Source: Leptolyngbyaceae cyanobacterium JSC-12 (lineage in GTDB: Bacteria > Cyanobacteriota > Cyanobacteriia > Leptolyngbyales > Leptolyngbyaceae). Taken from it: 24,000 bases of DNA. Location: positions 5,049,174 through 5,073,173 of the forward strand of contig CM001633.1 in the NCBI GenBank assembly GCA_000309945.1. Direction: 5' to 3'. Under the pieces are notes generated by a model that was given only the letters and a program-made list of their open reading frames with translations, ran no database searches and was not told the DNA's origin. A program made the translations under genes and the position numbers. Below are positions 8,843-16,799 of this stretch, one piece after another; within the stretch, counting starts at the first letter, position 1; every line of letters starts with the position of its first letter.

Positions 8843-9319
8843 ATGAGTATTGTGACTGAATTAATCCTCAATGCGGACAGTGAAGCTCGTTATCCTGCGC
8901 CAAAGGAACTGCGAATTTTCCAGGATTTTTTGAAAACGGGAGAGCAGCGCATTCGGATTGCAAGACTGCTGGCAGACAATGAGCAACGCATTGTGCAAAA
9001 CGGAAGTGCTAAATTCTGGGAACGAGTTCCTGTAACTCCCAGTAATAGTGGCAACCCCCGCAAAACTGCATCTTGCCAGCGAGATCAAGGATGGTACATT
9101 CGCTTAATTGCCTACTCGATTTTAGCAGGCAGCGAAAAACCCTTAGAAGAAATTGGCACAGTGGGCATTAAAGAGATGTATAACTCCCTCGAAATTCCCC
9201 TGCGGAATATTGTTGAATGTATGCGCTGTTTGAAAGAGGAAGCAGTGTCATTAATGAGTCCAGAAGATGCTGCAGAAGTTGCCCCTTACTTCGATCATAT
9301 TATTCGATCTCTGTCTTAA
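8843..9319 (+). CDS. apcD5: Far-red allophycocyanin alpha-type subunit (ApcD paralog; apcD5, formerly apcA2, by position)
   Basis: The 158-aa product MSIVTELILNADSEARYPAPKEL... has the FRL-type segment [26 protein letters not shown] in place of the canonical PGGNAYG..C(L)RD(Y/L). The attachment Cys is present. A CAGGAGAA SD lies upstream. The paralog number is inferred from the order alpha-apcB2-alpha-apcE2-alpha. Confidence 0.85.
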   Translation: MSIVTELILNADSEARYPAPKELRIFQDFLKTGEQRIRIARLLADNEQRIVQNGSAKFWERVPVTPSNSGNPRKTASCQRDQGWYIRLIAYSILAGSEKPLEEIGTVGIKEMYNSLEIPLRNIVECMRCLKEEAVSLMSPEDAAEVAPYFDHIIRSLS

Positions 9320-9469
9320 ATCGTTTGAGATTGATGAGTGATGAATAGTAGGTCTAAATCTGATAACTGAACTCTCTCACCTCAAATCTGCAATCCACAA
9401 TCTGTAGTTCCCAATCCAAAATCTTTAAGTTCTGTTTTGACTCAGTTTTTAATTGAAGGAAAACTACCC

Positions 9470-9955
9470 ATGCAAGATGCAATCACAACTCTGATCAACT
9501 CTTCTGACACTCAAGGAAAATATTTAGATGATGCTAGCTTAGAGAAGCTACAAAACTATTTTCGCAGTGGTGAACTACGAGCTAAAGCAGCAACAAGTAT
9601 CAGTGCAAATGCCAGTACGTTGGTAACGCAAGCTGTTGCGCGATCGCTTATGTATACCGACATCACTGCCCCTGGCGGAAATATGTACACCTGCCGCCGC
9701 TATGCTGCCTGCATCCGGGATTTGGATTACTTCTTGCGCTATGCTACCTACGCCATGTTAGCTGGTGACCCTTCCATTCTAGATGAGCGCGTGTTGAACG
9801 GACTGCGAGAAACTTACAACTCATTAGGTGTTCCAGTTGGTGCAACGATTCGCGCTGTGCAGGCAATGAAAGATGTGGTAACGGATTTGTTAGGAGCAGA
9901 AGCTGGTAAGGAAATGGGCGTTTACTTTGACTACATTGCCGCAGGCTTAAGCTAA
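9470..9955 (+). CDS. apcB2: Far-red allophycocyanin beta subunit (ApcB2)
   Basis: The 161-aa product [21 protein letters not shown]...[44 protein letters not shown]...[10 protein letters not shown] is collinear with ApcB. Cys81 is present, plus an additional Cys75. Confidence 0.9.
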   Translation: MQDAITTLINSSDTQGKYLDDASLEKLQNYFRSGELRAKAATSISANASTLVTQAVARSLMYTDITAPGGNMYTCRRYAACIRDLDYFLRYATYAMLAGDPSILDERVLNGLRETYNSLGVPVGATIRAVQAMKDVVTDLLGAEAGKEMGVYFDYIAAGLS

Positions 9956-9977
9956 CTCTTACCATAATCCATGTCTT

Positions 9978-10457
9978 ATGAGCATTATCACTCGAACGAT
10001 AGCCGTTGCCGATCTAGAAGCTCGATATCTTACTATCGCAGAGTTACAAACGATTCGTGACTTTTTTGAAGCTGGGCAGCAGCGGCTCCGAATTGCTAAC
10101 ATCCTGGCAGCAAACAGCCAAACAATCATCAACACAGGGACACAACGGTTTTGGGAGCGCTGTCCAGTGACTCCTAGTAACAGCGGCAATCCAACCTATC
10201 GAGCTTCGTGCATTCGTGATCAGGGTTGGTATATCCGTTTAGTAACCTACGCATTGGTTGAAGGCGATACCAAAATCATTGATACAGTTGGTATCAGAGG
10301 CGCAAAAGAAATGTACATCTCTCTAGGGATTCCTCTCGAAAACCTGGTGGAGTGTATGCGCTGTCTGAAAGAATCGGCTCTGGATTTGTTGTCGCTAGAT
10401 GATGCAATGGTTGTTGCCCCCTATTTTGATTACATCATTTGTGGGCTAACTCCCTAA
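9978..10457 (+). CDS. apcD2: Far-red allophycocyanin alpha-type subunit (ApcD paralog; apcD2 by position)
   Basis: The 159-aa product MSIITRTIAVADLEARYLTIAEL... carries [27 protein letters not shown]. It starts 22 nt after apcB2. Confidence 0.85.
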   Translation: MSIITRTIAVADLEARYLTIAELQTIRDFFEAGQQRLRIANILAANSQTIINTGTQRFWERCPVTPSNSGNPTYRASCIRDQGWYIRLVTYALVEGDTKIIDTVGIRGAKEMYISLGIPLENLVECMRCLKESALDLLSLDDAMVVAPYFDYIICGLTP

Positions 10458-10634
10458 GCATTAGTCAACCAATCTTTGCAGGCTGGGTGCAGCTTGGTGG
10501 AATTGAATAACTTCAGCACCTCCTAAAATTGCATCAGGTTTCATCCACCTGCAATATTTCAGATATTTTCCATTGAGATTTTTTCAGTGAAATTTCATCT
10601 ACAACAGTATTCCCAATGGGAGTGATCAAACTTC

Positions 10635-13010
10635 ATGAGCATTTTTATCAGCAGCGGCAGCCCGGTGGCTCATCCGCAACGATACCATACTCTACCGACG
10701 GTTACACTTTCGCAGGCAGAGCAACAAGACCGCTGGCTCAAACCAGGCGAATTGAGTCAATTACTAAGCTTTTTTCGTTCCGGCGCAAAGCGATTGGAGA
10801 TTGCTGAAATCTTGAGCCGCCATGCAGAGCAAATTGTTGCGGCAGCAGGAAATCGGATTTTTGTGTGGGGTTCTCCCATGATGTATTTAGATCCGATGCC
10901 TAATCGGGTGAATTTACCAGGATTTAATAGTTGGGCGTGGCAGCGATCGCGTAGCTCAACTTTCAGTGCAAACCTGCCGCAAAAGTTCAAATATACAGAA
11001 CCAGGAACCGGACTTGGAAATGTTGCCAAAAATAATTGGTTAGAAAGTCTACAGTTTGTGTTTGCTCAGGATCTCGATCCAGTCCCTGATAAGTTCCATC
11101 GCATTAACGTATTACGCTATGGCACTCGCAACATGAAAAAATCAATGCGAGACATTGCCTGGTTCTTGCGCTACGTTATTTATGCGATCGTGGCAGGTGA
11201 TTCTAGCATTCTGACTGTGAATGTCCGGGGTTTGCGGGGTGTCATTCCAGAAAACGTCACGGCTGCAACAGTCGTCGCAATGCAAACATTAAAATGGAAA
11301 AGTTTGAGCTACTTTAAACAAGATCGAGATGCTCAAGAGATTATTCGTCAGCATTTTGATGTACTCATTGCCGAATATCAAACAGAAAGTCCAACTGGAC
11401 ATTTGCGCCAGGGTACATCACTCGATCAACAAGGATTACAGTTGCCAGAAACTTATAAACTCACTAACCTCAGACCTAAATTTGTCATCAAGCCTGGAAT
11501 GGCAACAACAGAACTCCGGGAAGCGATTAGAGCTGCCTACCGTCAAGTATTTGAACGAGATTTAACCCGTGCTTATGGAGTCAGTTTAGGTGATCTGGAA
11601 TCCCAGGTAAAAAGTGGACAGCTATCTGCCAAAGAGTTTATCCGGCGTTTGGGGAAATCTCGCCTGTATCGCCAGGAATTTTATGAACCATTTACTATCA
11701 GTCGTGTCATTGAGTTGGCTGTGCGTCACTTTTTGGGACGAGGGTTGTACTCAATTGAAGAATTTCAAACTTACTTTGATGTCATAACTCAAGGGGGCTT
11801 GGCAGCATTAGTTGATAGATTGGTGGACTCTGAAGAATATAGTGACTACTTCGGGGAAGAAACCATTCCCTATCTGCGGGGATTGGGGCAGGAGGCGCAA
11901 GAATGTCGGAATTGGGGTGCTCAGTTTGAATTATTTAACTTTGGGGCTGCGGCACAAAAAATTCCCCAATTTATCACCCTTTTTGGTAGTTATCGGCAGC
12001 CGTTGCCAAATCAACATCCTTATGGAGCAAGTCATGACCCGCTGGAGATTCAGTTTGGTGCTGTTTTCCCCAAACCTGAACAAACATTAGCTGAACATCC
12101 TGGATATTTTAACGCGAATCATCATCGGATTTTGATTAGCTCTGGCATGAGTCACGGTGCACATAATGGCAATGGCACAAGTCATGACTTTGGTAGAGTG
12201 CCAGGATCGATCGCGTCTCGTCCGCTCAAATTTAGCGTAGCGCATAACAATGCGACTGGTAGTCCCAACCTGAATATTTATCCTCATTCTCCAGAAGCTG
12301 TCATTTTAGCAGCCTATCGTCAGGTGTTTGGAGGTGGTTTGTATGCAGGGCAACGACTTACAGCGGCAGAAGTTAAGTTGAAAAGTGGGGAGATTACGGT
12401 ACGAGAATTTATTCGGCAGTTGGGTAAGTCACGTCTGTTCCGTAGGCAAGCCTGGGAATCGCTTTACATTACTAAAGCAATTGAGTATATTCATCGTCGC
12501 TTGCTAGGACGACCTACTTATGGACGAGAAGAACTAAATCGCTATTATGATCTCTGTGCTCGTCAAGGGTTCTATGCCCTGATTGATGCCTTGATAGATA
12601 GCGCAGAATATAGTGACGTATTTGGCGAAGATACTGTGCCCTATGAACGCTATGTCACACCCAAAGGATTGGCAATGCGATCGCCCAATGGCACAGGCAA
12701 CTCCTGGAAAAACGGCTTTGCGGGGTCTACTCGGCGTCCAGCAGAATTGATTCCTTCAGCGGCTCCAGCACTCGAAGTATCGGAAGGGGGTAAAGCTTGG
12801 GCGTGGATGATGCAAGTCGCTGTTCAGCGATCGCATCTTACCAGCCAGCGATCACTGAACGGATCTCCACCATCTCAGCTTCCACCACCTGCCACCGCAG
12901 TCATCAACGAATTGATGAGTCAAACTTCTGAACCTGCTGTTTCTCCTGATCAACCGAATCAACCGATATCTTCGGCTGAAGAAGGGGAACCCATTGCCAC
13001 ACCATCTTGA
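10635..13010 (+). CDS. apcE2: Far-red phycobilisome core-membrane linker (ApcE2), two REP domains, Cys-less phycobiliprotein domain
   Basis: The N-terminus MSIFISSGSPVAHPQRYHTLPTVTLSQAEQQDRWL is ApcE-like. The PB domain has a loop insertion. It has ..RGLRGVIPENVTAATVV.. where canonical ApcE has ..ENACSGEAT.., so no Cys at the bilin site (V208 at 11256-11258) and none in aa 1-250. There are two linker-REP domains (AYRQVFERD...EEYSDYFGEETIPY and AYRQVFGGG...AEYSDVFGEDTVPY). Confidence 0.9.
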   Translation: MSIFISSGSPVAHPQRYHTLPTVTLSQAEQQDRWLKPGELSQLLSFFRSGAKRLEIAEILSRHAEQIVAAAGNRIFVWGSPMMYLDPMPNRVNLPGFNSWAWQRSRSSTFSANLPQKFKYTEPGTGLGNVAKNNWLESLQFVFAQDLDPVPDKFHRINVLRYGTRNMKKSMRDIAWFLRYVIYAIVAGDSSILTVNVRGLRGVIPENVTAATVVAMQTLKWKSLSYFKQDRDAQEIIRQHFDVLIAEYQTESPTGHLRQGTSLDQQGLQLPETYKLTNLRPKFVIKPGMATTELREAIRAAYRQVFERDLTRAYGVSLGDLESQVKSGQLSAKEFIRRLGKSRLYRQEFYEPFTISRVIELAVRHFLGRGLYSIEEFQTYFDVITQGGLAALVDRLVDSEEYSDYFGEETIPYLRGLGQEAQECRNWGAQFELFNFGAAAQKIPQFITLFGSYRQPLPNQHPYGASHDPLEIQFGAVFPKPEQTLAEHPGYFNANHHRILISSGMSHGAHNGNGTSHDFGRVPGSIASRPLKFSVAHNNATGSPNLNIYPHSPEAVILAAYRQVFGGGLYAGQRLTAAEVKLKSGEITVREFIRQLGKSRLFRRQAWESLYITKAIEYIHRRLLGRPTYGREELNRYYDLCARQGFYALIDALIDSAEYSDVFGEDTVPYERYVTPKGLAMRSPNGTGNSWKNGFAGSTRRPAELIPSAAPALEVSEGGKAWAWMMQVAVQRSHLTSQRSLNGSPPSQLPPPATAVINELMSQTSEPAVSPDQPNQPISSAEEGEPIATPS

Positions 13011-13036
13011 CTATCAGCGCCTGGGAGAATTCCTAT

Positions 13037-13282
13037 ATGACATTCCTTGAGCACCTGTCTATTGCCCTGAACCCCCCTGATCACTTACAGGCTGAAATGG
13101 TGTCCTTACTACATGCTCAAAGGTGTAGGTTGAGTGATTTAGGCTCTGCCATGCGAAAGTGGCTGGGGCAACTGATCGCTTCCGCTAAACGCCCTCGTCG
13201 CGATCGCCGCAACATTGGACGGCTGTACTTCGGTTGGTTTGGCGGCGTGCAGTTTTTTTACAGTCAGGAGAGTAAGCCATGA
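13037..13282 (+). CDS. Hypothetical small basic protein (81 aa) filling the apcE2-apcD3 gap
   Basis: The ORF MTFLEHLSIALNPPDHLQAEMVSLLHAQRCRLSDLGS...RPRRDRRNIGRLYFGWFGG... is open across the whole 268-nt gap. Its TGA overlaps the apcD3 ATG (ATGA at 13279-13282). No homolog was recognised and no clear SD is present, so it could be a chance ORF. Confidence 0.3.
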   Translation: MTFLEHLSIALNPPDHLQAEMVSLLHAQRCRLSDLGSAMRKWLGQLIASAKRPRRDRRNIGRLYFGWFGGVQFFYSQESKP

Positions 13283-13764
13283 GCCTAGTTAAAGAAGTGA
13301 TTGAAACTGCTGATAGCGAAGTGCGCTACCCAACGGCAGGGGAAATTTGGATGATTCAAAATTTCTGCAAATCGGGAGAACAGCGGATTCAAATTGCCAA
13401 CAAATTGGCCTGTAACGAACGCTATCTGGTAGAGCGAGGTAGCCAAAAGTTTTGGCGGCGCTGCCCAGTCACTCCCAGCAACAGTGGCAACTTACGCAAA
13501 ACCAATTCCTGCCAGCGTGACCAAGGGTGGTATATTCGGCTGGTTGCCTATTGTGTTTTGGCAGGTAGCCAAAAACCCCTCGAAGAGATTGGCACCATTG
13601 GCATGAAGGAAATGTATCGCTCGCTAAATATCCCTATTGCTAACTGGGCAGAGGCGATGCGATGCATTAAAGAAGAGGTGATTTTGCTTTTAGGCGAAGC
13701 GGATGCTGCCACGGTGACGCCTTACTTTGATCACATTATTGATACCTTTTCTCAGGGGATTTAA
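13279..13764 (+). CDS. apcD3: Far-red allophycocyanin alpha-type subunit (ApcD paralog; apcD3 by position)
   Basis: The 161-aa product [23 protein letters not shown]... carries [38 protein letters not shown] lies upstream, and psbD3 follows directly. Confidence 0.85.
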   Translation: MSLVKEVIETADSEVRYPTAGEIWMIQNFCKSGEQRIQIANKLACNERYLVERGSQKFWRRCPVTPSNSGNLRKTNSCQRDQGWYIRLVAYCVLAGSQKPLEEIGTIGMKEMYRSLNIPIANWAEAMRCIKEEVILLLGEADAATVTPYFDHIIDTFSQGI

Positions 13765-13766
13765 CT

Positions 13767-14825
13767 ATGACTATTGCACTGCAACGCCCCGGTGAATGGG
13801 GTGATATTTTGTTTAGGATTGATGATTGGCTGAAGCGCGATCGCTTCGTCTTCATTGGCTGGTCAGGATTATTGTTGTTTCCCTGTGCCTATTTAGCGCT
13901 AGGCGGATGGTTTACTGGCACAACATTTGTTAGTTCCTGGTATACACACGGATTAGCAACCTCTTACTTAGAAGGTTGCAATTTCCTCACCGCCGCAGTT
14001 TCTACACCTGCAAATAGTCTGGGACATTCACTTTTGTTGTTGTGGGGACCGGAAGCACAGGGCGATTTCACCCGCTGGTGCCAGCTTGGTGGGCTATGGA
14101 CTTTTGTGGCGCTGCATGGAGCGTTAGGGTTGATTGGTTTTTGTTTACGTCAAATTGAAATTGCCCGATTAGTTGGTGTTCGTCCATACAACGCGATCGC
14201 GTTCTCTGCCCCCATCGCCGTTTTTGTCTCTGTCTTTTTAATCTATCCACTCGGACAATCTGGTTGGTTTTTTGCACCCAGTTTTGGAGTCGCGGCTATC
14301 TTCCGGTTCCTGCTATTTTTCCAGGGTTTTCATAACTACACGCTCAATCCATTTCACATGATGGGTGTGGCAGGTGTATTGGGTGGAGCACTCCTCTGCG
14401 CAATTCATGGTGCCACTGTAGAAAACACCCTATTCGAGGAAACACGCGGCTTTAATACGTTTCGTGGTTTTACAACCACTCAAGCCGAAGAAACCTACTC
14501 CATGGTGACGGCAAATCGCTTCTGGTCACAGATTTTCGGCGTAGCATTTTCGAACAAACGTTGGCTTCACTTCTTCATGTTATTTGTTCCAGTGACAGGC
14601 TTATGGATGAGTGCAATTGGGATGATTGGCACCGCCTTTAACCTGCGGGCGTATGACTTTGTATCTCAAGAAATCCGAGCCGCCGAAGATCCTGAATTTG
14701 AAACCTTTTACACCAAAAATATCCTGCTGAATGAAGGGCTACGTGCCTGGATGGCACCTGCTGATCAGCCCCATGAACATTTTGTATTCCCAGAGGAGGT
14801 TTTGCCCCGTGGAAACGCCCTTTAG
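13767..14825 (+). CDS. psbD3: Photosystem II D2 protein, far-red paralog (PsbD3)
   Basis: 352 aa: [48 protein letters not shown]...[12 protein letters not shown]. The D2 length and termini are canonical. It starts 2 nt after apcD3. Confidence 0.95.
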   Translation: MTIALQRPGEWGDILFRIDDWLKRDRFVFIGWSGLLLFPCAYLALGGWFTGTTFVSSWYTHGLATSYLEGCNFLTAAVSTPANSLGHSLLLLWGPEAQGDFTRWCQLGGLWTFVALHGALGLIGFCLRQIEIARLVGVRPYNAIAFSAPIAVFVSVFLIYPLGQSGWFFAPSFGVAAIFRFLLFFQGFHNYTLNPFHMMGVAGVLGGALLCAIHGATVENTLFEETRGFNTFRGFTTTQAEETYSMVTANRFWSQIFGVAFSNKRWLHFFMLFVPVTGLWMSAIGMIGTAFNLRAYDFVSQEIRAAEDPEFETFYTKNILLNEGLRAWMAPADQPHEHFVFPEEVLPRGNAL

Positions 14826-16221
14826 TCCTTCGGTACCAATTGTTCCAACACCAGGTCGTGGTATTACTACTCGGCGCGATGGCAAAGATGAAGCCTCAAC
14901 TGGTTATGCTTGGTGGGCAGGAAATGCCCGATTCATGAACCTTTCGGGTCGGTTATTAGGGGCACACGTTGCTCATGCAGGTCTAATTGCCTTCTGGGCA
15001 GGTGCCATGCTGTTGTTTGAAGTTGCACACTTCACTCCTGATAAACCCATGTACGAGCAAGGGTTAATCCTCATGCCCCATGTTGCAACACTGGGAATTG
15101 GTGTTGGTGCAGGGGGCGAAGTCGTAGATATTTTTCCATTCTTTGCGATCGCTGTTGTTCATCTGATTGGCTCAGCTGTATTAGGGTTTGGAGGGCTTTA
15201 CCACTCTTTGCAGGGTCCCGATCGCTTAGCTGGATTTTTTGATTTTGATTGGGCAGACAAAGATAAAATCACCACCATTTTGGGCTTTAACCTAATTTCT
15301 CTGGGTGTTGCAGCCTTATTATTTGTCGGCAAAGCCATGTTTTGGGGCGGATTGTACGATACCTGGGCACCAGGGGGCGGTGATGTACGGTTAATTTCTC
15401 ATCCCACCCTCAATCCACTCACAATTTTTGGCTACCTCGTGCGATCGCCCTACGGAGAACAAGGCTGGATTATTGGAGTAAACAACCTGGAAGATATTGT
15501 AGGTGGTCATATCTACATTGGCATCATCTTGATTCTGGGTGGCATTTGGCATATTTTCACGACTCCGTTCAAATGGACTCATAAAGTCTTTACATGGTCT
15601 GGAGAAGCGTATTTAGCCCAAAGTTTGGGTAATATTTGCGGTCAAGCGCTAATTGCAACTGCATTTATTTGGTTTAATAACACCGCCTATCCCAGTGAGT
15701 TTTATGGACCAACCTCGGCTGAAGCATCCCAGGCACAAGCCCTGACCTTCTTAGTCCGTGACCAGAACCTAGGAGCAAATGTTGTTTCAGCTCAAGGTCC
15801 CACAGGGTTAGGAAAATATCTGATGCGATCGCCGACTGGAGAAATTATCTTTGGCGGAGAAACCATGCGTTTCTGGGATTTCCGCGGTCCCTGGCTAGAA
15901 CCTCTGCGCGGACCCAACGGTTTAGATCTCGACAAACTCCGCCATGATATTCAACCCTGGCAAATCCGACGTGCTGCTGAATATATGACTCATGCCCCAC
16001 TCGGATCACTCAACTCAGTTGGCGGTGTCGCCACTGAACCCAACTCCTTTAACTTCCTTTCACCCCGCAGTTGGCTGGCAGCCGTGCATTTCATCTTTGC
16101 CTTTCTGTTTTTGGTTGGGCACCTCTGGCACGCCGGACGCGCAAGAGCTTCGGCTGCGGGATTTGTGCGCGGCATTGATCGAGAAAATGAACCTGTTCTT
16201 AAAATGCCCAATTTGGATTAG
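14809..16221 (+). CDS. psbC2: Photosystem II CP43, far-red paralog (PsbC2); start overlaps the psbD3 3' end
   Basis: CP43 motifs are present: [36 protein letters not shown]... The GTG at 14809 is preceded by GAGGAGG (14793-14799), matching the known GTG start and psbD overlap of cyanobacterial psbC. In-frame ATGs at 14773 and 14731 are alternatives. Confidence 0.9.
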   Translation: METPFSPSVPIVPTPGRGITTRRDGKDEASTGYAWWAGNARFMNLSGRLLGAHVAHAGLIAFWAGAMLLFEVAHFTPDKPMYEQGLILMPHVATLGIGVGAGGEVVDIFPFFAIAVVHLIGSAVLGFGGLYHSLQGPDRLAGFFDFDWADKDKITTILGFNLISLGVAALLFVGKAMFWGGLYDTWAPGGGDVRLISHPTLNPLTIFGYLVRSPYGEQGWIIGVNNLEDIVGGHIYIGIILILGGIWHIFTTPFKWTHKVFTWSGEAYLAQSLGNICGQALIATAFIWFNNTAYPSEFYGPTSAEASQAQALTFLVRDQNLGANVVSAQGPTGLGKYLMRSPTGEIIFGGETMRFWDFRGPWLEPLRGPNGLDLDKLRHDIQPWQIRRAAEYMTHAPLGSLNSVGGVATEPNSFNFLSPRSWLAAVHFIFAFLFLVGHLWHAGRARASAAGFVRGIDRENEPVLKMPNLD

Positions 16222-16247
16222 TGCGCACTTATTCTGTACATCTGCAA

Positions 16248-16296
16248 ATTTTAGATTTTAGATTTTGGATTGAATCTAAAATCTAAAATCTAAAAT
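16248..16296 (+). other. Long AT-rich hairpin built from TCTAAAA/TTTTAGA heptamer repeats, 3' of psbC2
   Basis: ATTTTAGATTTTAGATTTTGGATT (16248-16271) pairs with AATCTAAAATCTAAAATCTAAAAT (16273-16296), about 22 bp with one G.U. A T6 run at 16316-16321 follows 20 nt later. Confidence 0.6.
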
Positions 16297-16345
16297 CCAC
16301 AATCTAAATCTGCTGATTTTTTCACGCTTCAGCCCTTTTCGCCCT

Positions 16346-16720
16346 ATGTTTCACTCCTTCTATCTCCTCACGTTTTACCCACTGCAGACTTATTTAACAC
16401 CAATTTGTTTTTTTACTGCATGGATTGTTTTTCTAATGCTCTTTGCTAATCTTTGGGCATTGAGCCAGGATACAGTCACCTATGCTAGCCGAATGTACCA
16501 AATTCCCTGTTCTAATTGTCGTTTTTTCACTGAGAACTATCAACTTAAATGCACAATCCATCCAATTGAAGCATTAACAGAAGCAGCTATTGATTGTCCA
16601 GATTATCAATCAAATGATTACTCCTTTAGCCTTGATCCAAACCCGATGTGCTCAACTTCCAATATGGAAAAAGCAATTACAGAAAATTCCAGAGCGGAAC
16701 CCATGAGCACTAAAGTCTAA
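16346..16720 (+). CDS. Hypothetical membrane-anchored Cys-rich protein (124 aa)
   Basis: An N-terminal hydrophobic helix (ICFFTAWIVFLMLFANLWAL) is followed by IPCSNCRFFTENYQLKCTIHPIEALTEAAIDCPDY (CxxC...C...C). It is on the same strand as, and nested between, psbC2 and psbB2. No strong SD is present. Confidence 0.55.
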   Translation: MFHSFYLLTFYPLQTYLTPICFFTAWIVFLMLFANLWALSQDTVTYASRMYQIPCSNCRFFTENYQLKCTIHPIEALTEAAIDCPDYQSNDYSFSLDPNPMCSTSNMEKAITENSRAEPMSTKV

Positions 16721-16751
16721 ATCAGCTTAGATGTAACGAAACCCAACGCAC

Positions 16752-16781
16752 ACTCAACCAATCAAAACTCAACCAATTAAA
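16752..16781 (+). repeat. Tandem 15-mer x2 directly upstream of the psbB2 ribosome-binding site
   Basis: ACTCAACCAATCAAA (16752-16766) is followed by ACTCAACCAATTAAA (16767-16781), with one mismatch. An AAAGGAG SD follows at 16783-16789. Confidence 0.6.
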
Positions 16782-16799
16782 ACAAAGGAGCATCACTCA

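Noticed and set aside
5821-9437. Upstream alternative (TTG or other) starts given in the ORF track for psaL2 (5821), psaI2 (6395), the apcF-like gene (6692), chlF (7543), apcD5 (8798), apcB2 (9437) and psbH2 (18469)
   Set aside because: In each case a downstream ATG has a properly spaced purine-rich SD. Each also reproduces the canonical family N-terminus (MSIV.., MQDA/T.., and so on).
9423-9441. TCTTTAAGTTCTGTTTTGA upstream of apcB2 resembles a shortened version of the 23-nt element. The AGTTCTT/AAGTTCCT cores also occur at 20516-20524 and 23322-23340.
   Set aside because: The shared cores are only 6-8 nt, so several occurrences are expected by chance in 24 kb on two strands. The 9423 copy lies only 29 nt from the start codon, inside a likely co-transcribed spacer. 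This is insufficient to call these sites the same element.
14731-14772. ATG at 14731 as the psbC2 start (496-aa product in the ORF track)
   Set aside because: It would add about 26 residues ([14 protein letters not shown]...) not found in CP43. It has no SD and lies deep inside psbD3. The GTG at 14809 with its GAGGAGG SD fits established psbC biology.
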